From: Patescibacteria group bacterium
Lineage (GTDB): Bacteria > Patescibacteriota > Saccharimonadia > Saccharimonadales > JAZKJC01
Direction of reading: 5' to 3'
Length of the DNA stretch: 64,000 nt
NCBI GenBank assembly: GCA_040384565.1
Contig: JAZKJC010000001.1
Coordinates: 1,457 to 65,456 of the forward strand
This document shows positions 62,450-64,000 of the stretch, piece after piece; position 1 is the stretch's first letter; every line of letters begins with the position of its first letter. A program made the position numbers and the translations under genes. A model generated the notes under the pieces. That model searched no databases and had not been told where the DNA came from. It was given only the letters and a program-made list of their open reading frames with translations.

Positions 62450-62737
62450 TTACCGGCTACTGCCCACCAACTTTAATTCTTTCCCAAGTATGCTTGCCAC
62501 GCGGTTAACCGTACTAACAGTGGGGTTTGCCTCTCCACTTTCAAGGCGCGCAACTACTGTTTGACTGACCCCGGCTTTTTCAGCCAGCTGTTGTTGGGTG
62601 AGTTTATGATCAATCCGGGCTTGTATAAGACTGCCTGCTAATTTGAACTCTGGTTCGAGGGCCTCATAGGCTTTCTTGAAGGACGGGTCTTTGAAAGCTT
62701 CTTTTTTGTACTCTTTCCAAGTGTTGACTGTTTTCAT
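62450..62737 (-). CDS. XRE-family HTH protein (HigA-like antitoxin or orphan regulator)
   Basis: LTQQQLAEKAGVSQTVVARLESGEANPTVSTVNRVA. 95 aa. No toxin-like ORF immediately upstream. Confidence 0.75.
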   Translation of the reverse strand: MKTVNTWKEYKKEAFKDPSFKKAYEALEPEFKLAGSLIQARIDHKLTQQQLAEKAGVSQTVVARLESGEANPTVSTVNRVASILGKELKLVGSSR

Positions 62738-62779
62738 AATGGCTTACTCCTACGTAAAGCTATGAATTATTACCTTTGA

Positions 62780-62815
62780 ATTATAACTTATATGTACTAA
62801 TTATGTCAATGACAT
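62780..62815 (-). promoter_or_regulatory. promoter and operator of the XRE gene
   Basis: Minus strand TTGACA (62809-62804), 18-nt spacer, TATAAT (62785-62780). Palindrome ATGTCA-N-TGACAT at 62803-62815 overlaps the -35. Confidence 0.6.
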
Positions 62816-62828
62816 TATTACAAATATG

Positions 62829-63182
62829 CTATAATTTCTCAACTTCAGCTTTACGCTTATGGGCAATATCTATTTCTCGCTTCGGTGTCGTTTGCCGCTT
62901 TTTTACAAAGCCATGCAGCAACCGCATCTCTCGCACTATAGCCCGGACTGAGAACGCCATGATACCGAGTCCAAGCAGCACCGACATCCAAACCGGTGCT
63001 GGGTAGCCTGTCAGGTAATGTCGAATCGTTTCCGGTTTAACGACCCACCAGAGACCGACTCCGAAAGAAGCCACCGAGACCAGAACCACGAGTGCAGCGC
63101 GGCCTTTTGATTCGATCGTTCGATCCATTGTGATTCCCATCATACCAAAGACCCGCCACATCTCAAAGTTGCAGGATCTCAA
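62829..63182 (-). CDS. membrane protein of unknown function
   Basis: 117 aa with two TM helices. Confidence 0.45.
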   Translation of the reverse strand: MRSCNFEMWRVFGMMGITMDRTIESKGRAALVVLVSVASFGVGLWWVVKPETIRHYLTGYPAPVWMSVLLGLGIMAFSVRAIVREMRLLHGFVKKRQTTPKREIDIAHKRKAEVEKL

Positions 63183-63412
63183 TCAAACCTACCACCATCT
63201 ACGAATCGCGTCCTTGAATCGATCCCGTCCATGGTACAAGTAGAGAATGCCTCCGGTCGCACCACCTGCAACGGTGAATACTCCCGAGCAGATAGGTGCT
63301 CCTGGGCCACAAACAAGCCCGTCCTTACAAAATTTTTCGAGTTGCGACCAGTAGTATTGAGTAAGTCCAATATCCATGAATTTTTTCTTGTCAGCCTTAC
63401 TCTTGAATACAA
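63179..63412 (-). CDS. hypothetical small protein
   Basis: 77-aa ORF overlapping the downstream gene by 4 nt. Alternative-frame ORFs of similar size exist. Confidence 0.35.
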   Translation of the reverse strand: MYSRVRLTRKNSWILDLLNTTGRNSKNFVRTGLFVAQEHLSAREYSPLQVVRPEAFSTCTMDGIDSRTRFVDGGRFD

Positions 63413-63427
63413 TATTTAAGCCAAAAC

Positions 63428-63489
63428 ACTATATTGCTAGACAATATAGTGTAACCCCACAGTCCAAAGGACTGTGGGGTATTATTAGT
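63428..63489 (-). terminator. tandem strong hairpins downstream of tRNA-Lys
   Basis: CACTATATTG-CTAGA-CAATATAGTG (63428-63452) and CCCCACAGTCC-AAA-GGACTGTGGGG (63465-63489). On the minus strand the second hairpin to be transcribed is followed by TTTTGG. Confidence 0.6.
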
Positions 63490-63637
63490 GCAGCTACAAC
63501 TTCAAGCTTCTTCCCAAATAATCCCAGTAACTCCGTGTAGCCCGAGCTTGTCGAAGGTGGCAAAGCGTATATGGATTGTAGTAGTGTCCGCGATGTCATC
63601 TAGCAGCCCACGGCTAAGTCGTTTAGCATAAGTGTAG

Positions 63638-63714
63638 TGGAGGGCCAGGAGGGACTCGAACCCTCGACATTCTGCTTAAGAGGCAGACGCTCTAACCGGC
63701 TGAGCTACTGGCCC
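63638..63714 (-). tRNA. tRNA-Lys (anticodon CTT), CCA encoded
   Basis: Minus strand GGGCCAG-TA-GCTC-AGCCGGTTA-GAGC-G-TCTGC-CTCTTAA-GCAGA-ATGTC-GAGGG-TTCGAGT-CCCTC-CTGGCCC-T-CCA. Confidence 0.9.
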
Positions 63715-64000
63715 GGCTTCCCTGCGGGAGGCCGGGCTGGCCCCTTATCCACATAGGGTATTCTTAGTCTTTTGTGTAACTGCTTTCTAATGCTGCCACT
63801 CAATTTAACTTGTTGTTCACGAAGTCTTGCGTTATGCAAACCTTCGTATGCCTCATAGTATACCAATCGTAACGGTCTTCGGTAACTTGTTGCAGTTACT
63901 TTACCTTTTGCATGCTCTTCTACGCGTCTTTTCAAATTAGTTGTTGAGCCGTAATAGTATTCGCTATCTTTAGCGGATAGAAGCATGTAGAAGTAATACA
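63705..64000 (-). CDS. GIY-YIG nuclease-domain protein (N-terminus beyond the window end)
   Basis: The frame stays open to the window edge: ..YYFYMLLSAKDSEYYYGSTTNLKRRVEEH...LVYYEAY...REQQVK. The 3' end overlaps tRNA-Lys by 10 nt. Confidence 0.7.
   Translation of the reverse strand, partial: YYFYMLLSAKDSEYYYGSTTNLKRRVEEHAKGKVTATSYRRPLRLVYYEAYEGLHNARLREQQVKLSGSIRKQLHKRLRIPYVDKGPARPPAGKPGQ

Overview
The 64-kb window is densely coding: about 85 CDS, short intergenic gaps and many 1-4 nt gene overlaps. There is no rRNA and no CRISPR array. Gene content suggests a reduced, Gram-positive-type genome such as Patescibacteria/CPR (Saccharibacteria-like), but this taxonomic call is inference only. The supporting genes are: a type IV pilus cluster (pilM-pilN-pilO-like, PilX-like, two minor pilins, pilC, pilB); ComEC; a lamin-tail-domain surface protein; a sortase with an adjacent substrate; rny-ymdB; archaeal-type PEP carboxylase; a short TsaB; and an XRE-MurA fusion. 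Housekeeping genes present are ruvC/ruvA/ruvB, recA, recX, glyA, murA, murB, folC, tsaE and yebC. The accessory content is VapBC, two paralogous RelBE pairs, an orphan XRE regulator, a RAYT-like Y1 transposase flanked by identical palindromes, an IS1595-family transposase and a replication-relaxation-like gene. Seven conventional tRNAs are present: Pro-TGG, His-GTG, Arg-TCT, Gly-TCC, Arg-CCG, Arg-TCG and Lys-CTT. The most unusual observations are:
- A second, otherwise perfect tRNA-Arg(CCG) is split in its D-stem by a 171-nt insert that itself carries the complete Arg-CCG tRNA (50456-50702).
- A REP/RAYT-like unit sits between ruvC and ruvA.
- Two loci (pilB-pilC spacer and the ABC1-kinase leader) are each built from inverted arrays of four heptad repeats.
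- An HTH-MurA fusion.
- A structured roughly 135-nt leader precedes a DMT transporter.
- A 126-nt element has 21-bp terminal inverted repeats.
- The tRNA-Pro 3' end is duplicated about 150 nt downstream of the gene.
- Several genes have a TATAAT-N6/7-ATG (leaderless) layout.
All functional calls come from reading motifs in the supplied translations. No database search was run.
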